The translations under genes and the position numbers were made by a program. A stretch of 64,000 nucleotides of DNA from assembly GCA_964016885.1 (NCBI GenBank), contig OZ024740.1, positions 100,130,001 to 100,194,000 of the forward strand, read 5' to 3'. Of this stretch, positions 49,297-62,342 are shown piece by piece (positions within the stretch are counted from its first letter, which is position 1; each line of letters starts with the position of its first letter). Under the pieces are notes generated by a model that saw only the letters and a program-made list of their open reading frames with translations, did no database searches and was not told the origin of the DNA. Origin of the DNA: Eledone cirrhosa (taxonomy: Eukaryota).

Positions 49297-51200
49297 TCAC
49301 TCACCCTTCGCCTCCTGGGGACCAGGCCGCACGACTTCCATGGGGGTGTTGGAGGGGTTGTCTGGATGGGTGGTGGTTTCCGGCGGGGTGGGGACGCAGA
49401 TGTTTGGTGGGGTGGGGTCTGGTGGGATGGGGGTGTCTGGGTTGGGGAGACATTTGAGAAGGACGCGGTTGAGTGGTTTCACGCAGGAATTCCCCACATC
49501 CTTCTCAAATGTTTCTTTTAGGGACTTATAAGTTTGTATAGGGACCCTAATCAGTTTTAGGTTCAGTTTTTTGCTATTTTTAATAGAGTGGGCGAAAGTT
49601 TTCCCTTCGGTTTTCACCGAAGGGTCGTTCGTGATGGTCTCCATTAGTGTTTTGTTTTCAGTGTTTATGTAAGTGTAAGTGTAATTTTCTTGTGTTGTGT
49701 TTGTTTTTGTCTGTAGTTCTTGTGTGTGCTTTCGTTTTGTTGTAGGTATTTTGTTTTCAGGAGGTGGGGGTTTTGTTTGTGATGTTTTTTGTTGTTTGTG
49801 TTGGTGGTTCTATGTTTGTGGTAGGGTTTGCTGGTTTTTTGCTTCTGTGATGTCTTTTCTTTCTTTTTGATCGATGGGGTTCTCCCTCGTCTACACTGGG
49901 TGATGGCGAGATAGCCTCATCTGTTGTATCGTCTGTGTGATTGGGGAGGGGTATGTCTTGGGGAGCTGTTGTGTCTGTATGTGATTTTGTAGTGGTTTTA
50001 GGTGGAGTGGGGTTGGGTGGGACTGTATTTGTTGTGGTTATTTTTGTGTGTTGGTGTTGTTGTGGTGGTGTTGGTGGTTGTGTTGTTTTGATGGGTGTTT
50101 TTTTGGTTCATTAATTTAGGACGGGAAGCCCTCAGGTGACCCCTGCTAAAGCAATGGTAACATGAAGGCCGCCTACCCTCAACCGAAAAGTTTATGTAGG
50201 TGAGTCCGTCCAGGAGTACACGCTGTGGGATCATAGCTATTCGCTCTGGGCTCATTTGCACCAGAACTTCAATGCTAGTCCCATTGAATACGTCTCTGGG
50301 GGACTTGCCTACTGACAGTATTCTGTCTTCATCAAAATTGATGAAGCCGCACAGTATCCAGCATATGTTCACATTTGGTGTGACACTCGTGATTCTGATC
50401 TTTTGTGTCCTTTTTCCCATGTATGTAGGGAAAAAGGTGTACAGGTTGGATACAATTGGCGACACAGAGTAATTTTGGGCCGCGAATTGATCCTTCATGA
50501 GTACCGAAATACTCCAAAAAAGTTTGCTTCTTTGAATGAATGCAATATCATTCATTGAATTTTTGAAAACCAGGCAATTTCTTTCTGTGACAATTGGACT
50601 GGTTTTCGGGTAGAATTGGAAACTGTCCTAAAAACTATCGTTTTGAGAGCAGTTTCCTTGCGAATTTCTACCGGAGAATTGATGCTGAAAGCACCATTTT
50701 TTTTCGAAACTGACATATCTCCTAGCGTCCTTTAAAAGTTATTCAGCATTTGTTATGTCGAGATATATCAATTCTTCCTTTTTTTTAACTTTCTCTGCAA
50801 AGGAGATTTTTGGTTTCTTTGTGGAATCCGTATTGGTGGTGTTGTCATTATTGTTGTTATTCTTGTTGTTATTCTTGTTGTCACCGATGTTGGTATCATC
50901 CATATTTTCCTTGGTGTTGTTGTTGTCTTTGATGCTGGTGTTATTGGTGTTGTCTCTATTTTTTTCTTTGTTGATGTTATCATTGTTGCTTTTATCATCA
51001 TTATTGGTGTTGCTGTTATTTTTGTTGTCATTGAATTGTTTGGTGTCATTTGTGTTGTTTGAATATGAATTCGTTTTTACATTTTCATTTCGTCTTTCCA
51101 TCTCTATAGTATCTAGTGAAGAAGACGTTGTTGACTGCGAGCTTGGTAGTCTTACCGCCTCTCCACCACCAATATCGTTGGACGCAGCGTTTATAACGTA
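49297..51200 (-). pseudogene. Tx1 copy 3 ORF1
   Basis: N-rich N-terminus, FFPTYMGKRTQ, EGRRPSCYHCFSRGHLRASR (last Cys lost), C-terminal KTEG..LKLIRVP..KPLNRVLLK, ends PMEVVRPGPQEAKGE*. Confidence 0.8.
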
Positions 51201-51396
51201 ATCAACATTTTACAATATTTTTTCCAAGATTCGATGGAGAAAAAATTTTCAAATTGATATTCCGCCAAGTTGACCCACCCCCTGAAGGTTCAGACGGGGA
51301 GTCAAGTTACACAATGATATAAAATTTAACTAAAAACTCACGTTTCTTTCTTACATAAATTAACGGAAACTTCTCCGCGAAGTTACACACGTCTCA

Positions 51397-51527
<131 letters not shown>

Positions 51528-52108
51528 CATCTAGATGCTGGACTTAGCATTTCAACAAATTTAATTTTAAATGCTTGGTCTTTTTTTACTTTCATTATTG
51601 TGAAAGATTTTTGTCACTTTCAGTCTACTGGGATATAATCAGTAGGGTGTGGTTTCAAGGAGGAATTGACTGCTATTTCTAGCTGCTCGAGTGAGTATGT
51701 AGAGGTTCCTCAAATCTTAAGTGAGTTAACTATTTCTATTACCCAAATCTGCAGATAACTTTACATACAAGTTGCCTATTACCACTAGCTATTTCAAGAA
51801 CTATATTTCCTAGCATCTAAGATGCAATTCTGTTTCTAAAACAAGTGTCAAAAGTTTACAATGAGCAGAAATATTACAGTTTTTTATAAGTTAATATCAG
51901 CCGAAGGGGAATATTAACTTAAGCCAAAAGTAAATTGAAATCCTTTTTATGATCTCTCAATTAAATTTAGAAATTATACTTAGTTAAGGTAGTAAATAAA
52001 CAAAAAGTATCATTAAAAAAGAAATTCTCTTATTGGTAATCAATGGTAAATAAATCGAGTGACTAGTAATAATTTACTTTCTGTATGTCATTTTACTTAT
52101 ATTTTCAG

Positions 52109-52170
52109 TGTATTTAAACAACCTTGACCTTAAGGGGATTATATCAACTGGCAAAAGAAATAAAATTGTG
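52109..52170 (+). CDS. Candidate isolated host exon (xYLNNLDLKGIISTGKRNKIV)
   Basis: Acceptor TTTTACTTATATTTTCAG and donor GTG|GTATGT around an open 62-bp frame in non-repeat DNA; no partner exon or homologue recognised. Confidence 0.25.
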
Positions 52171-53221
52171 GTATGTAAAAAAAATTATTTGGTAAAAGTA
52201 AAATCAAATGCAAACTGCATGATAAACAAGATCTTTATATCACTAAGGACCTGTATGTTTTTAAACAGGACCTTATATGCTTTTAAACAACTGACTGTAA
52301 GTGATCAAAGAGATCTATATGTCACTGAGCTACTAATTATAAGTGATCAACAGGATATATATGTCACTAAACCACTAACAAAATAAATTGGAAAATATGT
52401 GCTGGGAGCTTGTTTGAATGCTTATTTTTTTTTTTTTAGGTTTGAACATAAAATTGAAATGTCTCTTCAACACTGTTTAATTTCTGATGCCAGTGTATCC
52501 ACATAATAGCTATGTTCTTTGATATTCTCACTGTAACTTTAGCTGTCCTTCAATATCAAACCTTTTAAACACAATGAGTAGACACATTTCTGAAGAATTG
52601 CTACTAGATATAAATTCAAACTGTAAATCAAGAATTTCAAAGACTTATAACCCTTTCTAGTTCACAATTGCAAGGTAGTAACATAACATAACATACAAAT
52701 TACCTATTACTTTTAACTATTCACAGTATAATTTCTGATGTCAATGTATCTATGGCAAAATGGCAAAGGTATATAAAATGTACATAAAAAAATATATCCT
52801 TGAAACAGAAAAAATAAATAAAAGAAATTTAAAAAGAAGAATAGGGATCTATAGGAGCTACATATTTCAGAAATAACACTCCTCCTCAAGACAATGTTTA
52901 CAGCTGTTGTTAGCAAATGCTGTAAACTTGAAAGAGATTTTATATGAATGGTTTAGCAGGCGCTAAAAGGTTCCTATACAAAAGATGAAACACAATATTG
53001 TAATCATTCCTTTCTTTCATTTGTTTTACTTTCATTTTCGCTTTGTTGTTGTTGTTGTTATTGTTTTTACCCGCACAGAATTAATTGCTGTAGTTTATTT
53101 TCATTATTGTAGTTGCTTTTATTATAATTATTATTGTTCTTCTTGCAGTTCTTACTGCTGGTGCTTTCATACTACTACTGCTGCTAACAGCAACAACAAC
53201 AACAACAAAAATGATAATAAT

Positions 53222-53330
53222 AATTATTGTTTCTACTTTTGGCACCAGTGTATTACTGGTACTTTATTTTATCGACCCCGTAAGGATGAAAGGCAAAGTT
53301 AACCTCGGCGGGATTTGAACTCAGATCGTA
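53222..53330 (-). mobile_element. SINE family A, partial
   Basis: ACTGGTACTTTATTTTATCGACCCCGTAAGGATGAAAGGCAAAGTTAACCTCGGCGGGATTTGAACTC. Confidence 0.85.
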
Positions 53331-54552
53331 AATGATGATAATAATAATAACAATAATAATAATAATAATAATAATAATCATCTTCATCATAATTATCATT
53401 ATCATCATCGATGTTGTTGTTTTTCATTCATTCAATTCCTTTGTACTACATTTGTAACCTATTCACTTTCATGTCCCTCATCCATCTCCTTTATGGTATT
53501 AATTATTATTATTAGCAGTAGTAATGTTCTTGTTGATATTGTTATTATTAGTATTATTGTTGTTGTTGCTGCTGTTGTTATTTTTATTATTATCATTATT
53601 GGTTTTGTTTTGTTGTTGTATTTTGTGTTATCTTTATCATTATCATCACCATAGCTATTATTGTTGTTGTTATATTCACAGTTGCAATTTTTGTGAAGTT
53701 AGCTCAATGTTAAAATCTATTAAGAGACAAAACTGGAACATTTAAAGCTATGCCATTTAATTGCCTATTACATATCACTTTGAGGTGAGTGACATATATA
53801 TGTAATGTTGTTGCTCTTGTTAATGTTTTTTGTCATCGCTAATGCTGCATATCATATATAATGTTGCTATAATGTGATAGAAACTGCTTTGCTAACCATT
53901 ACAGCTTAGCTAGACATTCTCCATTCTAGAAGCAATCATTTTCCAATTCTTTCGATATTTTTAGATTTATGTATCAGTCAGAATGAAACTTCCTATTCAA
54001 TGAGGCAAATCGTAGCTTTATGATGATTAGACACATGTGCACACACGCACACACACACATAGACATACACACACACATCATCATCATCATCATAACCATG
54101 ATCATAGTCATCATCATTATTTTTATGTCTTTTTTTCTGAGTTAGTATTTTCAGGCAGTATTTTACAACTGGATGTTCTTCTTGATGCCAAATTTTGTTA
54201 TATATTTCATGCATACACACATACACACACATGCTCACACATGCATACACACACACACATACACATACACATATATATATATATAATAGTAAGAAACTCT
54301 CAAGAGAGAGCTGGCCTGGAGAAGATTTTCAGAGAATTCCCCAAACACCTCAAGCAAGTGTTTAAGCCCATAATTTCTTCCTCTCTCAGGGAGCCAGCCA
54401 TATCCAGGTCAAGATTCCTAAATGCACTTCTACAGACATCTTTTAGTCACGTGGATATCAGGAACTTGTACATTTAAATAGTATGGGGATTCTGTTGCAC
54501 CTCAACAAGATTCAGTTGGAACTTCTCTCAATTGCCTCTGCTTTCAAACATA

Positions 54553-54750
54553 TGAGGGTTGGCTGAAAAGTTCATAGGATTACCAAGATATTCTCATGGA
54601 ATGACCAAATGAGGTTTATTTTTCAAAATAATCCCTAGAACAAAACAATGCATTTGTTAATAAGAAGAGTGGAAATTAATGCATGCAAGATTTCGTAGAT
54701 CTAGCATCACGCTTTCATAGTCAACCTATGGACTTTTCGGCCCACCCTCA
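54553..54750. mobile_element. Tc1/mariner-type MITE
   Basis: ~30-bp TIRs TGAGGGTTGGCTGAAAAGTTCATAGG / CCTATGGACTTTTCGGCCCACCCTCA, flanked by TA on both sides. Confidence 0.85.
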
Positions 54751-54999
54751 TATATTTAGATGCTTTCTTGAGTTACATTAGCAAAATAACATTGGTAGTC
54801 AAGGTAGCAGTGAAACGAGATATATACATATATATATATATGTGCGTGTGTGTGTGTCTGCGTGTGCGTACATATACACACACATGAAAAATCTGCTGAA
54901 GAAACCATACGGTCATTGAAATGAAAGAAATCACACTTCCTGAGGTTGCAGTAACTATAAAATAATTTAAAAATCATAAAGATTCTGTCATAGACAGAA

Positions 55000-55620
55000 T
55001 TGCCCCCATGATTATAAAGCTAGACATAATCATAACACCAATTGTGCTCTCAAGATTGATTAATTACATCAGAAGAACAGGTGTAATTCCTACAGGAATT
55101 AAGAAAAGTATTGTAATTAAAATACTAGATAATAGAGACTTTAATGAGTATGAGAATGGAAACGTATCATTTTGTCACCTATTGTTAAGAAGTATTATTG
55201 AGTATTACAGAGTATAACTGAACAGAATTGGACCCAGTTTTGACAACATTCTGAATGAGGAGTAAGCAGGATCTCGAAGTAGAATAAGAAATGACAACCA
55301 CATGTCTATCATACATCAACTAAATGAAAGCAAGATACCATTAAGCACATAGAATTTACATGGGTTGTTGGCATGCTCGGGCACTGATTGATTTCTAGAA
55401 TCCTTTTGATAGTATATTATGGTAAGCATTACCAAATGTTATGAGAAGATATTGCATACCTCAAAAATATGCTGACATAATTTCAATCAAGTATGAAAAG
55501 ACTTTGTTTCGATTTACTGTGTTTGTAACACTCAGTGAATAATTTGGAGTCAAGCCTGCTGTTACAATGAGAATCATGTTCTCTTCTACACTTTTTGTGT
55601 TGGTATTTGGTTATATGATG
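55000..55620 (+). pseudogene. Old RTE-like RT remnant
   Basis: IPTGIKKSIVIKI...LNEE*AGSR resembles the IP..WK..II.I.K..EEQAGFR RT N-terminal motifs. Confidence 0.5.
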
Positions 55621-55629
55621 AACAGAACC

Positions 55630-56290
55630 GATGGATGGTACAAGCAACAACTTAATGCCATGGGAGAAAATGAGGAAATTAAATTGTGGGATTTCAACAT
55701 CTAAATAATTGTTTCTACTTTTGGCACAAGGACAGAAATTTCACCCAGAGCATTACTAGTGCTTTATTTTATTGACACTGTAAAGATGAAAGGCAAAGTT
55801 AACCTCGACGAGATTTGAACTCAGTACATAAAAGGCCATAACTCTGCTGCAAAGCATCATGCCTGATGCTCTACCAATACTGCCAATCCACTGCCCTTAA
55901 TTAATGTGATGAAATGATTGAAGATAAAATGCCTGACATTGTTGTTGTAAACAACGACAACCATAAAAATGCAAAATAATAGATAATACCTTCTCTGAGT
56001 TACAACAAAGTGTGTAAGAAAGAACAAGAACAGATCAGATAATACCAAGAGAAAGAGAAATTGCAAGAGTGTGGAGTAAGAAAAGAGTTTAAATTGAGTC
56101 CATCATAGTGGGCACTCTTTGTAGAGTTACAAAAATATTAAAATCCTTAATGGGGAAGATTGGCATAAGGATTCATATAAAATTATTGCAGAAAACCACA
56201 TTATGCAATGATCCTTAAGAATGTGGTAAAATGCTGAACTAATGTAAGAATCGATAATGACTTGCTCCTAGGATTGTAAAACAATACAAA
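55630..56290 (+). mobile_element. R4/Dong-clade LINE remnant (restriction-like endonuclease end), interrupted by a SINE
   Basis: WYKQ...ENEEIKLWDFNI | CDEMIEDKMPDIVVVN...KKEQE...REIARVW...IIVGTL...LQKT, i.e. PD-(D/E)xK region motifs. Confidence 0.7.
55704..55897 (-). mobile_element. SINE family A nested in the R4/Dong remnant
   Basis: Full-length match to the other copies; splits the WDFNI / CD..IE..PD reading. Confidence 0.85.
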
Positions 56291-56720
56291 ATCTGTCTGT
56301 GATATATCAAGTGCAGCTAAGTCGATGGGAAGGGAAAATTTCATTAAATCATTATATATATATACAGCAACACATTGCAACTTTAGATCAGTTTAAAAAG
56401 CGCCACCACCAAAATGCAAGTTTTCCAGAAAGTTAACTAGGATTTTAAAAGAAACAACTGTCCACTGAAGCTAACAAAGGACCTATTAGATCTACATAGT
56501 AAAATTATAAAATTATAAAATCATAAACATAAATTGTTATAGAATACCAACTAAAAGTGAAGTCATTCTTTTCCTTTTTTCAAATATATATATATATCTA
56601 CACACACACATATATATGTGTGTGTTTGTTAAGTATTTCCATAGAAAGAGTAATGGAAATTATATATTTTTTCCAATTCCACCCCACTCGTCCCTTCAAT
56701 CTATCTAATTTCTCATTCTT

Positions 56721-56756
56721 TCTTCTGATGAAGGACTAGAGTCCGAAACGTTAAGA
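56721..56756 (+). ncRNA. Minimal type I hammerhead ribozyme motif (Penelope-type)
   Basis: TCTT-CTGATGA-A-GGAC-TAGA-GTCC-GAAA-CG-TT-AAGA: stem I TCTT/AAGA, stem II GGAC/GTCC, palindromic stem III AACGTT; lies in a ~230-bp island between TA-rich tracts. Confidence 0.7.
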
Positions 56757-57049
56757 CCCTCTTCCTGCTATTTCAAGCGGTACCCCAATATATCCCTTCC
56801 ATATACTGTACCGATTGTATTGTTGTTTCTGTTTACCTTTTACATACATATATATATTTATATATATATACGTTTATGCATAAACATACACATTTTTTAG
56901 TCGGCTTCCTTCCACCTAAGAATGCCTCAGAAATGTTACCTTTTAATCAATGTTTGCTGCCTGAAGAAATCACAATATCTATCGTCATTGAAATAAGTAT
57001 AATGGCTCAATTAATAAAGGACTCTAACATCTTCAACTTCGCATTTACT

Positions 57050-57086
<37 letters not shown>

Positions 57087-57099
57087 ATATATATATATC

Positions 57100-58438
57100 G
57101 ATGTAGAGGTGCTGTAAGTAACAAGACCTCACAGGAGACTAGTTCCTTTAAATCCCCAAAGAGCTCTGTAGAAGTAGTTGGTAGTTTCTGTTACCTGAGG
57201 GACCAACTTCGCAGTGGATGTAAGTGTTCCGAAAATAGAGTAGCCAGAGTGAGAACAGATTGGAGAAAGTTTAGGGAGCTACTACTGCTGCTAACTACAA
57301 AAGATTTTCCCCCCAAAATGATGAGCGGATTGTATGATGTGTGTATACAAACAGCAATTCTGCATTGTAGTGAGACCCAAGCACTGTGTGCAGTGGACCT
57401 ATAAAGATTGGAAAGAAATGAAGCCTGCGTGGTCCAATGGATGTGTAATAGTAATATAAATGAACGGCAAAGCGTAAATGTACAAAGAGAAATTAGGCAT
57501 AGGTGAGATCAAATTCAGTGTGCAAGAGAGGATATTGCATTGGTATGTATATGTTATGTGTATGAAGGATTGCAACTGTACTAAAATGTGCAGGGCATTG
57601 AAACTTGATAGAAGCTATGGAAGTGGAAAACCTAGGAAAGTTTATGATGAGGTTATAAAAAGTGGCCTCACACAATTCTGTCTCTCACAGATGATGACAC
57701 AGGATCATGATCTCTGGTGGAATGCAGTACTGCAGAAGACACACCTTCCCATGTGCATGGGATGAAGCAGCATCTAGTGGTCTCTAATATGCACCCTCCC
57801 CCCCCTTCCATATCCTCTCCACATTTTAATCACCAGCTCCCTAAACTTGACTTATCTCTCCAACCCCACCTTACATACCCACCCCACTTTCCACATCTGA
57901 TGCACCACACTTTACCAATCCTTGTATTCAAATATAGAAAGTTGAACATGTTCTCCCACAATTCTGCTAGGGTGGCTGAGAGCTTTCAGTCCATCCTGTA
58001 GAGTGGGTATGCTAGTGACACAATTAAATCCTTCAGTCCACCATGTAAAGTACTCACGTTGGTGTCATGACAAAAGAGCATTGAGTCATCTCTTTTAGGT
58101 AACATGACAAAAGAGCAACTAACCCTCCTTATACGATGGTAGTGCTCATGACAGGTGGGTGCCTAGTCCTCCCCCACCTCTTGGGAGGTGGTCATTTCGA
58201 AAACATGACAGGAGTTACGCAGTGCACTCTGTAAAGTGTTCGTTTGGTGCCATGAAAAAAAGTGCCCAGTCCACACTGTAAATGTCATTGTCATTAGGAA
58301 GTGCATCCAACTCTAGAAACAATGCCAGAAACAGTTCTGTGTGAGCTATTCATGGTCATCTGATCTTACAATGGGAAACCCATCCAACCCAAGCTAGAGT
58401 GGAAAATAGACATGAAACAGTAAGGATGATGATAATGA
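57100..58438 (+). mobile_element. 5'-truncated RTE LINE 3' region with long UTR
   Basis: VEVVGSFCYL, WRKFRELL, VQERILHWY, KPRKVYD; UTR modules; tail GTGGAAAATAGACATGAAAC..GATGATGAT. Confidence 0.85.
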
Positions 58439-59455
58439 AGTATATGTATATACATACATACATATGAGATGTTAAAAAGATTTCAACATTCTAGAATAAA
58501 AGACATTTAATGGTAAAATTCAAATTCAAATTTAGTCAACAAAAATAAACTTTATCTTAAAATAAATAAATAAAAAAAATAAAATAATAAAGAGAATTAA
58601 TGAGTTTAAAAATAGTTTATTATCATAGTTTATTGTCCATGCAATGTTGTTTAATTCAAACCTAAACTAATGGCTTGATTGAATTTCTGATTTAGTTAAC
58701 TGACTCATATCTAAGAGTTTTTCAATAAGTTCTCAACAAATGATGCATAAATGGAAATTTTTATTTTATTGTAAATTTTTCACTATTATAAAAATTTCTA
58801 TTCCCATTTTAGGATTATCTTCCGTATTGTGTATCTCATTTTAGGTTTTATTGTCGGTTTTATACATCACATAAACAATATCCTTGGTTTTGGTTTGATA
58901 GATTACAGAAAGATAGAGCCAGCTTTTATTACTTACACTTGGGAACTAATTCCATTGTTTTCTGAATAGATTTGTATTTCATTCAGGTATCAAATAGATT
59001 TGGAATAAACATATATGGTATTCTGTTTGGATACAAATAATCTTGTATATTTCTCTTCAATTTCTATCTCTTCCTCTCTCTATTTATATATATCTGCCTA
59101 TTATATCTATCTATATGGCTATCTATTTATCAGTCTATCTATCTATATATCTAATTATATTCATATATATGTATGTGTGTGTGTGTGTCCATATATATAA
59201 ATATATATATATACTTATCTGTCTATGTATCTTCCTTGTCCTGTCTTATTTTGTTGCTTCTCACTCCATCTCATAGTACTTATTGATTTAAATAATGTCT
59301 CAAAAGTATTAATCTGATAAACCCTTTGGCTCTAAGATCTTACAGAAGCAATTTTCAATTCAAACATTGTGAACTCAGAATATTATCAAAACACAGACGT
59401 GTGTCTATCTATGTATATATGTATGTATGCATGTATGTATATACATTGATACTTG

Positions 59456-59487
<32 letters not shown>

Positions 59488-59500
59488 AATATATATATAT

Positions 59501-59554
<54 letters not shown>

Positions 59555-59709
59555 GCACACACACGCACACATGTAAACATGTATGTGCACGGAAGCAGAT
59601 ATATAAATATCTGTGAACACAAGTTGTTAAGAACATATAGCAGCATGTAGGCAGATATTATACATGTGCACATATAATATATATAAATTTATATATATAT
59701 ATACATATA

Positions 59710-60305
59710 TCCCTTTGAATTAAATATATACTCCCGTAAGGTTGAGTAAAACTTTAAGCAGTATATGGCTGTGCTTTCTAGCAACCAGCCTACTCGCCGC
59801 CTGGCAACCAATCAGAACTTTCTGCCTTGACTGCTAGCCACGTGATAATTCTTAGCAATTTTTTTATTCATTTCTGGCGGGGATCACTGTAGAAATTTTA
59901 TTTTAGTCCAGACTCGTGGTGTCTCTTAATAAGTTCCAAGCCTTGTGGATAGATCCAGGATAGGAAATATCCACAAAATAGGAATGAAACTGCCGGCAAT
60001 CCAGACTAGAGGAATTTTGGTAAAGTTTATATGCATTTTTTCTTCTAACTTCTATTTTAAACCTAACTCCGTGTAGTTGATTATTTGTCTAGTCAATTTC
60101 TACGGGCTAAAAGGAATGACTAGATAAATTTTATCTGGCTGTCCCTCACGGAAGATAGTCTGTATCATTTGTCTATTATTTCTTCATAGTTACATTTTAA
60201 ACTTATAGCCTCATTTAAATGATTATTTATGTGGTTGATTTCTATGGACTAGGGAAAGGAAATACTGTATATATTTTATCTAATAATTTTTGAAACTTGC
60301 AATTT
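59710..60305 (+). mobile_element. Penelope-like pLTR remnant with decayed hammerhead and promoter-like motifs
   Basis: (TA)n on both sides; CCAATCAG and CACGTG at ~59808-59844; HHR skeleton 59921-60006; 3' part homologous to 7769-8025. Confidence 0.5.
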
Positions 60306-60838
60306 TATATATATATATATATATATATTTGACTGTATATGTATGTATGTCGACATGTGTGAATATATATAAGTATGTGTGTGTGAAAGAGATAGGGTAA
60401 GAGAGACAATCACATCCACATTCTTGCTTATAGCTTTACTTACATTGAAAATTCCAACCACTGTACATATTAGATTTGTTTGATATACTCAATTACAACA
60501 GCATACTGTACCATACAGTTGCAATGTTCACATGGCTTCTTGGAAAGGTACTTTTCAGTTGATTAAGTTAAAGATCACTGTGAATTCAATAAAAATCATT
60601 ATTCTTCTGCAGTTATCTAACAATTCTCATTTAATACATTACCATACTGAATAAATCCATTTTCTGAAATTATGTATACACATGAACACATATTTACACC
60701 ACCCGATACACATGTAATGTAATCTATATTCCTCATGTGTCTCTACTCATGTCCCTTTTTTTCTCTTTTCTATTCCTTTCTCTCAGTTTTGGAAAAGAGC
60801 TTCAGCTTGATACTACAGAGACCTTTTTATTTCCATAT

Positions 60839-61149
60839 CCTTAGTGGTTAGAGCATTGGCCTTGAAATTGAAAGGTTGTGAGTTCAATTCTCAGACTGGG
60901 TGATGTGTTGTTTCCTTGAGCAAGACACTTTATTTCACATTGCTCCAGTTTACTCAGCTGTAGAAATGTGATGATAGGGACTGGGGTCCATATCATTCCA
61001 CTGCAAAGTGGTCGTGGAGGCGCCATGGCAAAAAAGCACCCAGCCCATACTGTAAATGAGGTTGGTGTTAGGAAGGGCATCCAGCTGTAGATATCAAGCC
61101 AGAATCAGTTCCCGTCCCCCCCTTGCAAGCAGGGAAAAGCGGACGTAAA

Positions 61150-61180
<31 letters not shown>
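60839..61180 (+). mobile_element. SINE family B (tRNA head + CORE-like + RTE-derived body and tail), slightly 5'-clipped
   Basis: Closely similar to 62343-62682; (GAT)n tail. Confidence 0.9.
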
Positions 61181-61181
<1 letters not shown>

Positions 61182-62342
61182 CCTGGGTGTCAGCAAAATA
61201 ATTATACTTTTTTACCTTGTTTTCCATATTGTTCTTCATTCCTTATTTGCAAAATTTGCAAATATATATGTATAGTCTGGAATTTGCTGTCAAAACAGTA
61301 AGAGCTCAGCTGTTGGGCCCTGACACTGTAGTATCACTTTACTATCCAAAATATTGATCACTCTGCTGTTACTAGTTTAAAACTAGTAAAATCCTGATCT
61401 CTCTCTTTATATATATATATAAATATATATAGTGGTTGGAACTAATGGAAGAGGAAGTCCTAGGAAGATGCTGCACTGCACAATAGTGATGACAATGGAC
61501 CAGTGCTGAGTTCATTGTAGAGATTTAGATGTGGTAGACATAAATTGCCTATCTGACGTGATGTTTTGTGATGATGGACTGAATGCTGTTGGCATTGGCC
61601 CATATATGTTCATAATTGATTGAAGATTTTGTTTATGAAATCGTTCTAGCTTCTAAGTATCCTTTACGAAGTCCATATTTCACAATTAAACATGCCTCAA
61701 TACACTATGAGTTTGGTTTGAAGTTTCAGGTTTTTGTTTCCAAAGACATGATGGAAGAGTTAGTCAAAAGCAAAATGGTCAAATCTGATCATGTTCTCAA
61801 CATCTTTTCTATCATCGCTTATTTTGTAACAATTCATACTTCACTATTTAGACTGGACTATTTATTTTTTCTCACACATCCTCATAAAATTGTCTAACTT
61901 TTTTTTATTTTTCCTATTATGCTTTTCTGTTTCTTTAGTTTTATATTTCATGGTTCTCTCTATATATAGTGTATTTTTCTTTTCACAGGTATTTTGTAAT
62001 TCTTCATGGACTCTCTGAACATTTATATTTTCTCCTGTATATTTTTATTTTTGAAAGCATTCATGGATTTCTCACAGATTCTTTTATATTTAAAGTTATT
62101 GATATCGTTAACCTTCCTCTAATTGCAGTCTTTTGCCACAGGAACTGACAGATGGTCCTAGAGGTAATACAATAATAGCCTTATCACTGTATTGTCTTCC
62201 ATACAGTTTGTGAATGTATTATCTATTTGATTGGTTCAGTCCAATTTAATTTGGTTGTCTAATAATAGTTGGATATAAACCTTTCAGTACTTTCATACTT
62301 ATATGGATTTAACAAGTCTATTGAGATATCTGTAAATGTATG

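Larger units (their letters stand above)
46483..51396 (-). mobile_element. Tx1-clade retrotransposon, copy 3 (both ends intact, ~0.9-kb internal deletion in ORF2)
   Basis: Same architecture; near 48290 the linker segment TRTALQ is fused to the RT segment ICSRVKVNGYL. Confidence 0.92.

Noticed and set aside
34771-51396. Segmental tandem duplication or an LTR/endogenous virus explanation for the array
   Set aside because: Copies have strongly diverged ORF1s and UTRs and different lesions; APE-RT architecture with no LTRs, integrase or env
60000-60300. Conserved protein, possibly with a non-standard genetic code, shared with 7769-8025
   Set aside because: Every frame I translated has stops, and the substitution pattern does not single out one frame; better explained as a non-coding PLE 3' tail
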